Assembly: GCF_014396165.1 (NCBI RefSeq)
Contig: NZ_CP060715.1
Coordinates: 570,001 to 602,000, forward strand
DNA length: 32,000 bases
Source of the DNA: Erysipelothrix inopinata
Lineage (GTDB): Bacteria; Bacillota_I; Bacilli_A; Erysipelotrichales; Erysipelotrichaceae
Direction of reading: 5' to 3'
Shown here: one piece after another, positions 22,451-29,693 of the stretch
Layout of the letters: each line of letters opens with the position of its first letter
Numbering within the stretch: position 1 is the stretch's first letter
Position numbers and translations under genes: made by a program
Notes under the pieces: model-generated
What the model was told of the DNA's origin: nothing
Database searches by the model: none
What the model saw: the letters and a program-made list of their open reading frames with translations, nothing else

Positions 22451-22681
22451 ATGAAAATTGATTTGAATGAATCTTTTTACTCGAATACAGTGAATTATCC
22501 AGAATTAAGAGATGCACTCGTAGAATTCGGTTTTAAACCCATGAAAAATGATTTAACCTACAACACAGTAGGAAAAACAATCAAACTAAAACAAGCAATT
22601 CAACATATAAATAAAACTGAAGAAGAACTCGTCGTTTTCTTAAATGAAAGAGGTATGGAGGTAGAAATACATGAGTCGTAA
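22451..22681 (+). CDS. DUF1858-like small protein
   Basis: 76 aa, AGAGAGG RBS. MKIDLNES...YPELRDALVEFGF...NTVGKTI resembles the DUF1858 proteins that usually precede DUF438 genes (from memory, not searched). It overlaps the next gene by 11 nt. Confidence 0.6.
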   Translation: MKIDLNESFYSNTVNYPELRDALVEFGFKPMKNDLTYNTVGKTIKLKQAIQHINKTEEELVVFLNERGMEVEIHES

Positions 22682-23855
22682 TAAAGTAGAACAACTTGCT
22701 GATATGATACTTCGTCTCCATGAAGGTGAAGATCAAGAAACAGTTAAAGAAACTTTCCGTGAGGAGTTCGGAAGTGTTGCTTCATCAGAAATTATTGCCA
22801 TGGAACAACAATTAGTAAACCAAGGAATGCCCATTGCAGAGATTCAACGTTTGTGTGATATTCATGCTGATATTTTTGATGGATCGATTGAAGAAATTCA
22901 TAATGTGACATCAGAAATGGAACGAGAAGGACATCCTGTCAAAGTGCTTAAAAATGAAAACGAGGCACTTTCTAAGCTTCTAGAAGAAATGTTCCCCAAT
23001 GTTTTAGATTTTGAAGCCGGAAAAGATATGCGTGTTGACATCCTAAGTCAATGTAACGTCCTTCAAGATTTAAATAAACATTACAAGAGAAAAGAAGAAC
23101 TTTACTTCCCTCTTCTTGAGAAACACGGGTATGATGCACCGCCTAAGGTTATGTGGGGTGTTGATGATGAGATTCGTGCGGATCTAAATGCATTCCATGA
23201 TCGTATCATTAATACTCAAACTGAAGGCATTGTAACCATTTTTGAAGCACTACGAAAACGAATTGAAGATATGATTTTTAAAGAAGAGATGATTTTGTTA
23301 CCCATGATTCAAGATGAAGTGACTGAAGATGATTGGCTCCAAGTTGCCGAGGATTCTCACGAAATAGGCTACTGTATAGTGGCTCCTAATGAACGCTGGA
23401 TTCCTTATAGGAAAAGTTTTTATGATAAAGTTAAAGATGATTTAAGAGTTAAAGAAAACTCAATCCACTTTGAAGTAGGGAGTTTGAAGTTTGAAGAACT
23501 CGAAGCAGTAATGAATGTTTTACCCTTCGATGTTACGTTTATTGATAAAGATGATATTTTCAAATATTTCAACCAGACATCAGAAAGAACATTCTTCAGA
23601 TCTAAAGCTCAAATTGGTAGAAAAGTACAGCATTGCCATCCACCACGTTCTGTTGCGATGGTTGAAGCCATTCTTAATGATTTAAAATCAGGAGCAAAAG
23701 ATAAAGAAAGTTTCTGGATTGAAATGGGTCCTAAACTTATCTATATAACCTATCTTGCAGTTAGAGATGCTTCTGGACGTTATCTTGGAACTGTGGAAGT
23801 AACACAAGATATTAAACCACTCCAAGGTATAGAGGGTCAAAAAAGACTTCGCTAA
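22671..23855 (+). CDS. DUF438 / hemerythrin-like / PAS-like domain protein
   Basis: 394 aa. The N-terminal LRLHEGEDQETVKETFREEFGSVASSEIIAMEQQLVNQGMPIAEIQRLCDIHADIF is DUF438-type. The central region is a HHE/hemerythrin-like helix bundle. The C-terminal FIDKDDIFKYFNQ...IGRKVQHCHPPRSV...GTVEVTQDI is a PAS_10-type motif. Confidence 0.75.
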   Translation: MSRNKVEQLADMILRLHEGEDQETVKETFREEFGSVASSEIIAMEQQLVNQGMPIAEIQRLCDIHADIFDGSIEEIHNVTSEMEREGHPVKVLKNENEALSKLLEEMFPNVLDFEAGKDMRVDILSQCNVLQDLNKHYKRKEELYFPLLEKHGYDAPPKVMWGVDDEIRADLNAFHDRIINTQTEGIVTIFEALRKRIEDMIFKEEMILLPMIQDEVTEDDWLQVAEDSHEIGYCIVAPNERWIPYRKSFYDKVKDDLRVKENSIHFEVGSLKFEELEAVMNVLPFDVTFIDKDDIFKYFNQTSERTFFRSKAQIGRKVQHCHPPRSVAMVEAILNDLKSGAKDKESFWIEMGPKLIYITYLAVRDASGRYLGTVEVTQDIKPLQGIEGQKRLR

Positions 23856-23921
23856 AGTATCTTTACTTTATTATGAATAACGTGATTAAATAGAATTAAT
23901 CATGATTGCGAGGAAAACTCT

Positions 23922-24500
23922 ATGAAATCTACATTCTGGGACAGATTTGCGAAAAGCTATGATAAAAATTCTTCAATTAATGAAGAACTTTTAAATTTGA
24001 TTCGTTCATACTCTATGCCTGATTTTGAGGTCTTGGAAATTGGAACAGCAACTGGAGAAATGATTTTATCTCTCGCCCCTTATTTCGCTAAAGGTATTGG
24101 CATCGATTACTCTGAGATGATGATTAAAGAAGCGGAGAAGAAGATTAAGCCTGACAATATTACATTCAAAGTAGAAGATGCAACGAATCTATCTTTTGCT
24201 GATGAATCTTTTGATTTGATTTTTACGATTAGTACGTTGCATGTCATTAACCCATTAGAAGATGTCCTAACGTCGATACATCGTGTCTTAAAACAAAAAG
24301 GTACCTTCATTGCCATTGTACCGATTGTAAACCACAATTGGTTCAAAGCACAATTCGAAAAAAGCGTGATGAAATCTTTGAAATTTAATAATTATGATGT
24401 GGAAGAATACATATCCTGTTTTGAAGAGTGTCATTTCATGATTCTTGATCATTTTACTTCTATTGATAAAAAAAGTGAGATATTTATAATAAAACGATGA
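23922..24500 (+). CDS. class I SAM-dependent methyltransferase
   Basis: 192 aa. Motif I VLEIGTATGEM, motif II-like GIDYSEMM, motif post-II FDLIFTISTLH. Substrate unknown. Confidence 0.8.
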   Translation: MKSTFWDRFAKSYDKNSSINEELLNLIRSYSMPDFEVLEIGTATGEMILSLAPYFAKGIGIDYSEMMIKEAEKKIKPDNITFKVEDATNLSFADESFDLIFTISTLHVINPLEDVLTSIHRVLKQKGTFIAIVPIVNHNWFKAQFEKSVMKSLKFNNYDVEEYISCFEECHFMILDHFTSIDKKSEIFIIKR

Positions 24501-24527
24501 AAACAGTACAATTTTGTGCTGTTTTTA
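24501..24527 (+). terminator. intrinsic terminator after the methyltransferase gene
   Basis: AAACAGTACAA-TT-TTGTGCTGTTT (one G-U pair) followed by TTTAT. Confidence 0.6.
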
Positions 24528-24537
24528 TATTTAACAC

Positions 24538-24568
24538 TTTACATTATACCCACTATATACTGTAAGAT
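24538..24568 (+). promoter_or_regulatory. candidate MerR-type promoter with a 19-nt spacer and internal dyad
   Basis: TTTACA (24538-24543), 19-nt spacer, TAAGAT (24563-24568). The imperfect dyad ACATTATA-N7-TATACTGT spans the spacer. It lies directly upstream of the MerR-family gene. Confidence 0.35.
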
Positions 24569-24593
24569 TGATTTACTTGGAGGTTGAATATGT

Positions 24594-25598
24594 ATGAAAA
24601 CTAACGATGTAGAACAAATTATTGGCGTCTCGAAACAAACACTCTTCTATTATGAAAATGAAAAACTAATCGATGTAGATCGGGATGACAATGGTTACCG
24701 TAATTACTCTCAAGCTAATATCGATCAACTTAAAATGATAAAATATTTGCGTGACTTAGGAATTTCTATTGATGACATTCGCCTAGTTCTTTCTGGAGAT
24801 ATTAGTTTTAATGAAATACTGAAAATTCAGAAAAGTCACTTAGAAATGAACTTGGATGAGCAAAGACAAACTTTTGATAAACTAAAAGATCTTGTGAACA
24901 AAGAAAGTCCCTTAATTCCTGATATTGATAAATTAGAAATCGACTCAAAAAAGTATCCTTTAAGTTATTGGAAAAGCACTGATAATCCTTCTTTAGGTAG
25001 AAAACTAACATCAGGATATCTTTTAAGAAGTTTTTTATCGATAGCATTCCCAATATTGATTCTATTTACTCTTGGCTATATTGGCGCGACAGATAAGTTT
25101 TCTTTTGGAATGTTTTCGTTGGTGATTTTAGGTGGCCTTATTTTAGCGTATGTATTATTGGCATCTGATTTAATTCCTAATGGAAAACCTATGCAAACGT
25201 CACGATTAAATTTTGTAGAGCTTGGAGAAAACGGTATTGAGTACTATACAAGTCAGGGATTATTTAAGAATATGAACGCTATTAATAAGATAGTAAGAGG
25301 GACGTATACGTTTAAATCAGTCCCTTATGAGGAAATTAAAGAATTAAAGGTGCTACCTAGAATTCGCTACATGAATCCATCAAGTTATTCTATTGCCATG
25401 AATCTCGTATCTTTAGATTTCAATTTTCTTTTTCCTGACGGAACTGATATCTTTATGTATTCCCCGATGATATTAAATAAAGATTCTCAATGGATTTCCG
25501 CAATTCTTCTTGAAAAAGTAGATAACATTAAGGATAAGAAGGGGATTCTTACGAAAATAAGAAACGGAGAACAGCTTGATCCCGCAACTTTAGCTTAA
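24594..25598 (+). CDS. MerR family transcriptional regulator fused to two TM helices and a C-terminal domain of unknown function
   Basis: 334 aa. The N-terminal MerR HTH is VEQIIGVSKQTLFYYENEKLI...GYRNYSQANIDQLKMIKYLRDLGISIDDI, followed by a coiled coil. Hydrophobic segments are LLRSFLSIAFPILILFTLGYIGA and FGMFSLVILGGLILAYVLLA. A further ~140 aa has no motif I recognise. Confidence 0.75.
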   Translation: MKTNDVEQIIGVSKQTLFYYENEKLIDVDRDDNGYRNYSQANIDQLKMIKYLRDLGISIDDIRLVLSGDISFNEILKIQKSHLEMNLDEQRQTFDKLKDLVNKESPLIPDIDKLEIDSKKYPLSYWKSTDNPSLGRKLTSGYLLRSFLSIAFPILILFTLGYIGATDKFSFGMFSLVILGGLILAYVLLASDLIPNGKPMQTSRLNFVELGENGIEYYTSQGLFKNMNAINKIVRGTYTFKSVPYEEIKELKVLPRIRYMNPSSYSIAMNLVSLDFNFLFPDGTDIFMYSPMILNKDSQWISAILLEKVDNIKDKKGILTKIRNGEQLDPATLA

Positions 25599-25607
25599 GC
25601 TGGTTCA

Positions 25608-25615
25608 CTTCATCC
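25608..25615. repeat. target-site duplication, left copy (CTTCATCC)
   Basis: The identical 8-mer abuts the other IS end at 27140-27147. Confidence 0.6.
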
Positions 25616-27139
25616 GGTTAGTGTCAAATAAGTGGGGGAAAATAATGGTTTCTTTAATTTCTGCTGATATGTGCCTTAAGCCATCTTGAACTCGAGGATT
25701 TATCGTAAGCATTTCGTTGTTCGAACATCGAGAAGTCATATTTGGCTTCTTTTTGTTTTATACTTTTAGGATCTATTGAATCTAAATATAAGTTTCTAAT
25801 ATCGATATGGTTAAGGAATAAGTTTCTTAGATTAAGATAAGCATTTAAATTTTCTTTGCAGTATCCCTTAGGTCTATTTGAGTATATAGAAGCGAGATTA
25901 TGACTGATAGCTGACTCCATACTACAACCTATTTTCAAGCCGTTGTAGCTGTACTGTATCGCAAGAGTATTGCGTAGTATATAATTACATTTTTCTTCTA
26001 TTGTTTTTTGACGATTTGATTGTTCTGTACCATCTATCAAGGTTTGAATGATTTGATTAAAGGTTTCAGTATTTCCGTTAATTATATTGGAGGCGAGGAT
26101 TTCTTTTGTAGGTTTATCTGTGGTGATATGATTAAGTGCTTGTTTAAAGTGAAACTTATCAAGGGCAAAGCTACTATGAGAAAATTCACGAGTTCCTGAC
26201 TTAATCCATAAAGCACCATCTCCGAGTATGGTAATATTCTTGATTTTATCCATATCATACGTGATTGATAAGAGGTCATATACACTATTCCAGAAATTAC
26301 TTTCAGTTCCTGAATAAACCATTTTATTAATCAATTGACGGCGCTTCTGAGGTCCTTTTATACCTTCAAAAATTACAGCTGACTTGACCATGACAGACTG
26401 AGATTCATTACGTTGCATATGAACATACTTTTCATCGGCCATGATGTATAAGTGACTTGGTGTAGGCTTAGGCTCACAAAGTTCAGACAGTGACGGCAAG
26501 GGACGTTTAACGGTATTATAAACTGTTTGTCTTGATATACGATAATGTTCACGATGCTGAGACGTTGAGAAAGAAGAAAAGATTCTGTCACCAATCTGCT
26601 CTCCGACTTTAATCATTGAATTTTGATTCGCAAAAGTCTCCACAATCATGCACTTTACGCATGGGTCATAGCGATCATATTTAGGTAAACCTAGTTTGCG
26701 ATCGACATAGATAAAGGTTTTTCCTGTAGTCTTATCTTTGTAGATAGTTCGTTTAAACTTCACGACTCCAAATACAGTAATAAGGGTGCGTTCACGTGTT
26801 TGGTGAACATAGTAATCTCTTTTACGAAGTGCGGAATTCTTAAATTTTAAATCAAGAAGTTCAAAGTTTTGAACAAGATAGTCACAAGCAGCAATGCGAA
26901 GCCATTCTGAAGTATGTTCAATAAACTGAGAGTAATTACGGATCGTAAATTCTTGATTGGTAGGTTCTAAAAGGTAATTCGTTGATTCCTGGATAGACAC
27001 AAATAAATTTTTTAAGGTGTTGGATAATTCAAATTGTGGTAAAATAGTCATGGCGATAGCTCACTTTCTAATAGTTTGTAGTAAAACCATTATAAGCGAG
27101 TTATCGCTTTTTGTATTCCCCCACCTATTTTACACAATC
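25616..27139 (-). mobile_element. insertion sequence (ISLre2-family-like), ~1.5 kb, single transposase gene
   Basis: Imperfect terminal inverted repeats. The left GTGTCAAATAAGTGGGGGAAAATA (25621-25644) matches the reverse complement of the right end, GTGTAAAATAGGTGGGGGAATACA (27135-27112), at about 20 of 24 positions. It is flanked by the 8-bp direct repeat CTTCATCC. Exact termini are uncertain by a few nt. Confidence 0.8.
25654..27051 (-). CDS. transposase (ISLre2 / UPF0236-like family)
   Basis: 465-aa intact ORF. The block RTLITVFGVVKFKRTIYKDKTTGKTFIYVDRKLGLPKYDRY resembles the conserved ISLre2-type N-terminal region as I remember it. Family assignment is from memory only. Confidence 0.7.
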   Translation of the reverse strand: MTILPQFELSNTLKNLFVSIQESTNYLLEPTNQEFTIRNYSQFIEHTSEWLRIAACDYLVQNFELLDLKFKNSALRKRDYYVHQTRERTLITVFGVVKFKRTIYKDKTTGKTFIYVDRKLGLPKYDRYDPCVKCMIVETFANQNSMIKVGEQIGDRIFSSFSTSQHREHYRISRQTVYNTVKRPLPSLSELCEPKPTPSHLYIMADEKYVHMQRNESQSVMVKSAVIFEGIKGPQKRRQLINKMVYSGTESNFWNSVYDLLSITYDMDKIKNITILGDGALWIKSGTREFSHSSFALDKFHFKQALNHITTDKPTKEILASNIINGNTETFNQIIQTLIDGTEQSNRQKTIEEKCNYILRNTLAIQYSYNGLKIGCSMESAISHNLASIYSNRPKGYCKENLNAYLNLRNLFLNHIDIRNLYLDSIDPKSIKQKEAKYDFSMFEQRNAYDKSSSSRWLKAHISRN

Positions 27140-27147
27140 CTTCATCC
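27140..27147. repeat. target-site duplication, right copy (CTTCATCC)
   Basis: See the left copy at 25608-25615. Confidence 0.6.
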
Positions 27148-27154
27148 GTTAAGA

Positions 27155-27183
27155 TTGACACAGTATTAAGAGAACGATATAAT
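27155..27183 (+). promoter_or_regulatory. consensus sigma-A promoter of the serS leader
   Basis: TTGACA (27155-27160), 17-nt spacer, TATAAT (27178-27183). Confidence 0.75.
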
Positions 27184-27189
27184 CTATAT

Positions 27190-27385
27190 AACTCAGTGAT
27201 AGGGACTAATATATCAAATAATGTTTCAGAGAGGTGACGGAGGTGTGAGTCACTACATTATGATATAATTCCACCCTTGAGAGAATCGGGTGGCTCCGTT
27301 ATAAGTATCAAGAAATGTTTCACGTGAAACATTTGAAGTAGGGTGGCACCACGACGAAAGTCGTCCCTTAGAGGTGTTTTTTTTA
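27190..27385 (+). promoter_or_regulatory. T-box riboswitch leader (serine, probable specifier UCC)
   Basis: AG bulge AGAGAG with distal GGUGUGAG, GA/K-turn-like GUGAUA...UUGAGAG, and candidate specifier UCC-A at 27270-27273. The T-box motif AGUAGGGUGGCACCACG starts at 27337 and a U8 tract lies at 27377-27384, directly before the serS RBS. Confidence 0.8.
27316..27331. other. parS: parS centromere-like site (perfect TGTTTCACGTGAAACA)
   Basis: Exact match to the symmetric form of the ParB/Spo0J consensus TGTTNCACGTGAAACA. The palindrome extends to 22 bp (27313-27334). Confidence 0.8.
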
Positions 27386-27403
27386 ATTTAAAGGAGAATG
27401 AAT

Positions 27404-28690
27404 ATGCTAGATATTAATTTATTTCGTACCAATCCAGACCTAATCAAACAAAACTTGGATAAGAAATTTCAATCTGAAAAGTATGCCATGGTTGATAAGA
27501 TTATAGAACTTGATATTGAATACCGCGGAATCAAAACACGTGCAGATGAGTTACGTGGAGAAAGAAATGCTTTAAGTAAGCAAATTGGAATCCTTATGGG
27601 GAAAAAGGAATTCGAAGAAGCTGAAGCCGTTAAAGCTAAAGTTAAAGACTTTGCGATTGAGTTAGAAAACATCGAAGAACGTGAAGAACCACTTTTTGAG
27701 GAAATTCAAAACTTGATGATGCAAATTCCTAATATAATTGCTGATGATGTACCAATCGGAAAAGATGACAGTGAAAATGTTGAACTTTATCGTGAGGGTG
27801 AACTTATCGATAAAGGATTTGATGTTCCTTATCATACAGAGATTATGGAAACATTTGATGGGATTGACTTGGATGCTGCTCGTAAAGTGAGTGGTACAGG
27901 GTTCTACTATCTTCAAAAGGATATTGCGCGTCTTCACTCAGCAATGACTTCATATGCTCGTGATTTTATGATTGATCGTGACTATGATTATGTCATTCCA
28001 CCATTCATGATTCGTGGGAGAGTAGTTACTGGCGTTATGAGTTTTGAAGAAATGGAAAATATGATGTATAAGATTGAAGGTGAAGACTTGTATCTTATCG
28101 GTACGAGTGAACATTCAATGATTGGTAAATATATTGATACAATTACTGATAGTTCAAAATTGCCACAAAAACTTACAAGTTATTCACCATGCTTCCGAAA
28201 AGAAGTAGGTGCACATGGAATTGAAGAACGCGGTGTCTATCGTATTCATCAGTTTGAGAAACAAGAAATGGTTATCGTATGTCATCCAGATGATAGTACA
28301 CGCCTATTTGAAGAGTTATATCACTATACAGTAGACTTCTTCCGTAGCTTAGATGTTCCTGTTCGTGTTATCGAATGCTGTTCAGGTGATCTTGCAGATC
28401 TTAAACACAAGTCAGTTGATGTTGAAGCATGGAGTCCACGACAAGAAAAATACTTCGAGGTTGGAAGTTGTTCTAACCTAACGGATGCACAAGCACGCCG
28501 CTTAAAAATTAGAATTGATACCCCAGAAGGCCGTATGTTTGCTCATACACTTAATAATACAGTTGTTGCGCCACCACGTATGTTGATTGCTTTCCTTGAG
28601 AACAATCTCCAAGAAGATGGTACAGTATTAATTCCAGAAGCACTTCGTCCTTACATGGGATTCAAAGAAAAACTTGTTCCACAAAAATAA
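27404..28690 (+). CDS. serS: serine--tRNA ligase
   Basis: MLDINLFRTNPDLIKQNL..., N-terminal coiled-coil arm, class II motifs (FRKEVGAHG...RIHQFEKQE, GSCSN). Start at the second ATG (27404), 7 nt after AAGGAG. Confidence 0.95.
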   Translation: MLDINLFRTNPDLIKQNLDKKFQSEKYAMVDKIIELDIEYRGIKTRADELRGERNALSKQIGILMGKKEFEEAEAVKAKVKDFAIELENIEEREEPLFEEIQNLMMQIPNIIADDVPIGKDDSENVELYREGELIDKGFDVPYHTEIMETFDGIDLDAARKVSGTGFYYLQKDIARLHSAMTSYARDFMIDRDYDYVIPPFMIRGRVVTGVMSFEEMENMMYKIEGEDLYLIGTSEHSMIGKYIDTITDSSKLPQKLTSYSPCFRKEVGAHGIEERGVYRIHQFEKQEMVIVCHPDDSTRLFEELYHYTVDFFRSLDVPVRVIECCSGDLADLKHKSVDVEAWSPRQEKYFEVGSCSNLTDAQARRLKIRIDTPEGRMFAHTLNNTVVAPPRMLIAFLENNLQEDGTVLIPEALRPYMGFKEKLVPQK

Positions 28691-28710
28691 AAGACTCGTA
28701 AGAGTCTTTT
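28689..28710. terminator. bidirectional intrinsic terminator between serS and the HAD gene
   Basis: AAAAGACTC-GTAA-GAGTCTTTT overlaps both stop codons. Confidence 0.75.
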
Positions 28711-29501
28711 TACTTGGTATTTAATCTTTCATTAATAATTGTGATAACTGCTTCTTCATCATTCGTTCCAATGACCTGAGATGCCGCTTCTTTGATAACG
28801 TCTACCGCATTACCCATTGCATAGGAATGGTCTACGGATTTCAACATTTCCAAATCATTATTATAATCACCAAAAGCCATGGCTTCGGATGAGTCTACGT
28901 TCAGTGAATCTCTAAGTATAGATAATGCTTTACCTTTATTGATGCCTTGATTCATAACATCAATCCAAATTTTACCAGCTACAACTGTATTAAAATCATT
29001 ACCAAGGTTTGGATTAGCTTGTTCATCAAATATTTGTTGGGCATCTGTTAGGTTCATTAAAGTAACTTTCACAATATCATCTTCGACGGTACGTAAATCA
29101 TCAACGAAGACACTAACAGGGTAGTATTCATATAGCATTGCTTTGTGCTCGTCTGAATAGCATTTTACATAACACGTATTGATACCGCAGAGAACAACGG
29201 AACTTTGTTCTGCTTGTTCAAGTACTGAAATTATACGATCAAGATTTTCTTTTGATATTGAATCAAAGTGAATGATTTCATTGTTGTGTTCGATAATGGC
29301 ACCATTATCTGAAATGAATGAAAATGGTAAGTTAATGTCTTGTACTTTTTTCTTAATACTAAATAGGGTTCTACCACTAGCGAGTACGAACTGAATGTTC
29401 TCATCGAAGACTCTAGAGACGGTTTCTTCGAATGAATTTGGTAGAGTAGAATCACTCTTAAGTAGAGTATGATCCATGTCTGTTGCAATTAATTTAATCA
29501 T
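28710..29501 (-). CDS. Cof-type HAD-IIB family hydrolase (sugar-phosphate phosphatase-like)
   Basis: Motifs IATDMDHTLL (DxDxT), ASGR, and GDYNNDLEM. Start set at MIKLIATD (ATG 29501) with GGAGG RBS. The ORF-track MFHVKH extension merely reads through the parS palindrome. Confidence 0.85.
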   Translation of the reverse strand: MIKLIATDMDHTLLKSDSTLPNSFEETVSRVFDENIQFVLASGRTLFSIKKKVQDINLPFSFISDNGAIIEHNNEIIHFDSISKENLDRIISVLEQAEQSSVVLCGINTCYVKCYSDEHKAMLYEYYPVSVFVDDLRTVEDDIVKVTLMNLTDAQQIFDEQANPNLGNDFNTVVAGKIWIDVMNQGINKGKALSILRDSLNVDSSEAMAFGDYNNDLEMLKSVDHSYAMGNAVDVIKEAASQVIGTNDEEAVITIINERLNTK

Positions 29502-29529
29502 AAGTACCTCCGACAAAATTATAGCATAA

Positions 29530-29545
29530 TGTTTCACGTGAAACA
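29530..29545. other. parS: parS centromere-like site (perfect TGTTTCACGTGAAACA)
   Basis: Second exact copy of the 16-mer, with the palindrome extending to 20 bp (29528-29547). It lies between the HAD -10 (TGCTATAAT, complement of 29518-29526) and the SRP RNA -35 (TTGATT 29546-29551). Confidence 0.8.
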
Positions 29546-29580
29546 TTGATTTATACCTTATATCTGTTATAATAATACTT

Positions 29581-29659
29581 GCTACTACAACATTATCTAA
29601 TGAACCAGGTCAGGGTAGGAATACAGCAGCCTTAATTTAGCTCTAGTGTGTGTAGTGGC
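29581..29659 (+). ncRNA. ffs: small (4.5S-like) signal recognition particle RNA
   Basis: ACCAGGUCAGGGUAGGAAUACAGCAGCC matches the universally conserved SRP domain IV (compare E. coli ACCAGGUCAGGUCCGGAAGGAAGCAGCC), including the GGAA tetraloop closed by GUA/UAC. The 5' GCUACUACA pairs with the 3' UGUAGUGGC. Extended -10 TGTTATAAT at 29565-29573 and a U-run at 29660-29665. The tadA/dnaX neighbourhood matches that of Bacillus scr. Confidence 0.75.
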
Positions 29660-29693
29660 TTTTTTATATCCAAAAGTAAAAGGAGAGATCCTC

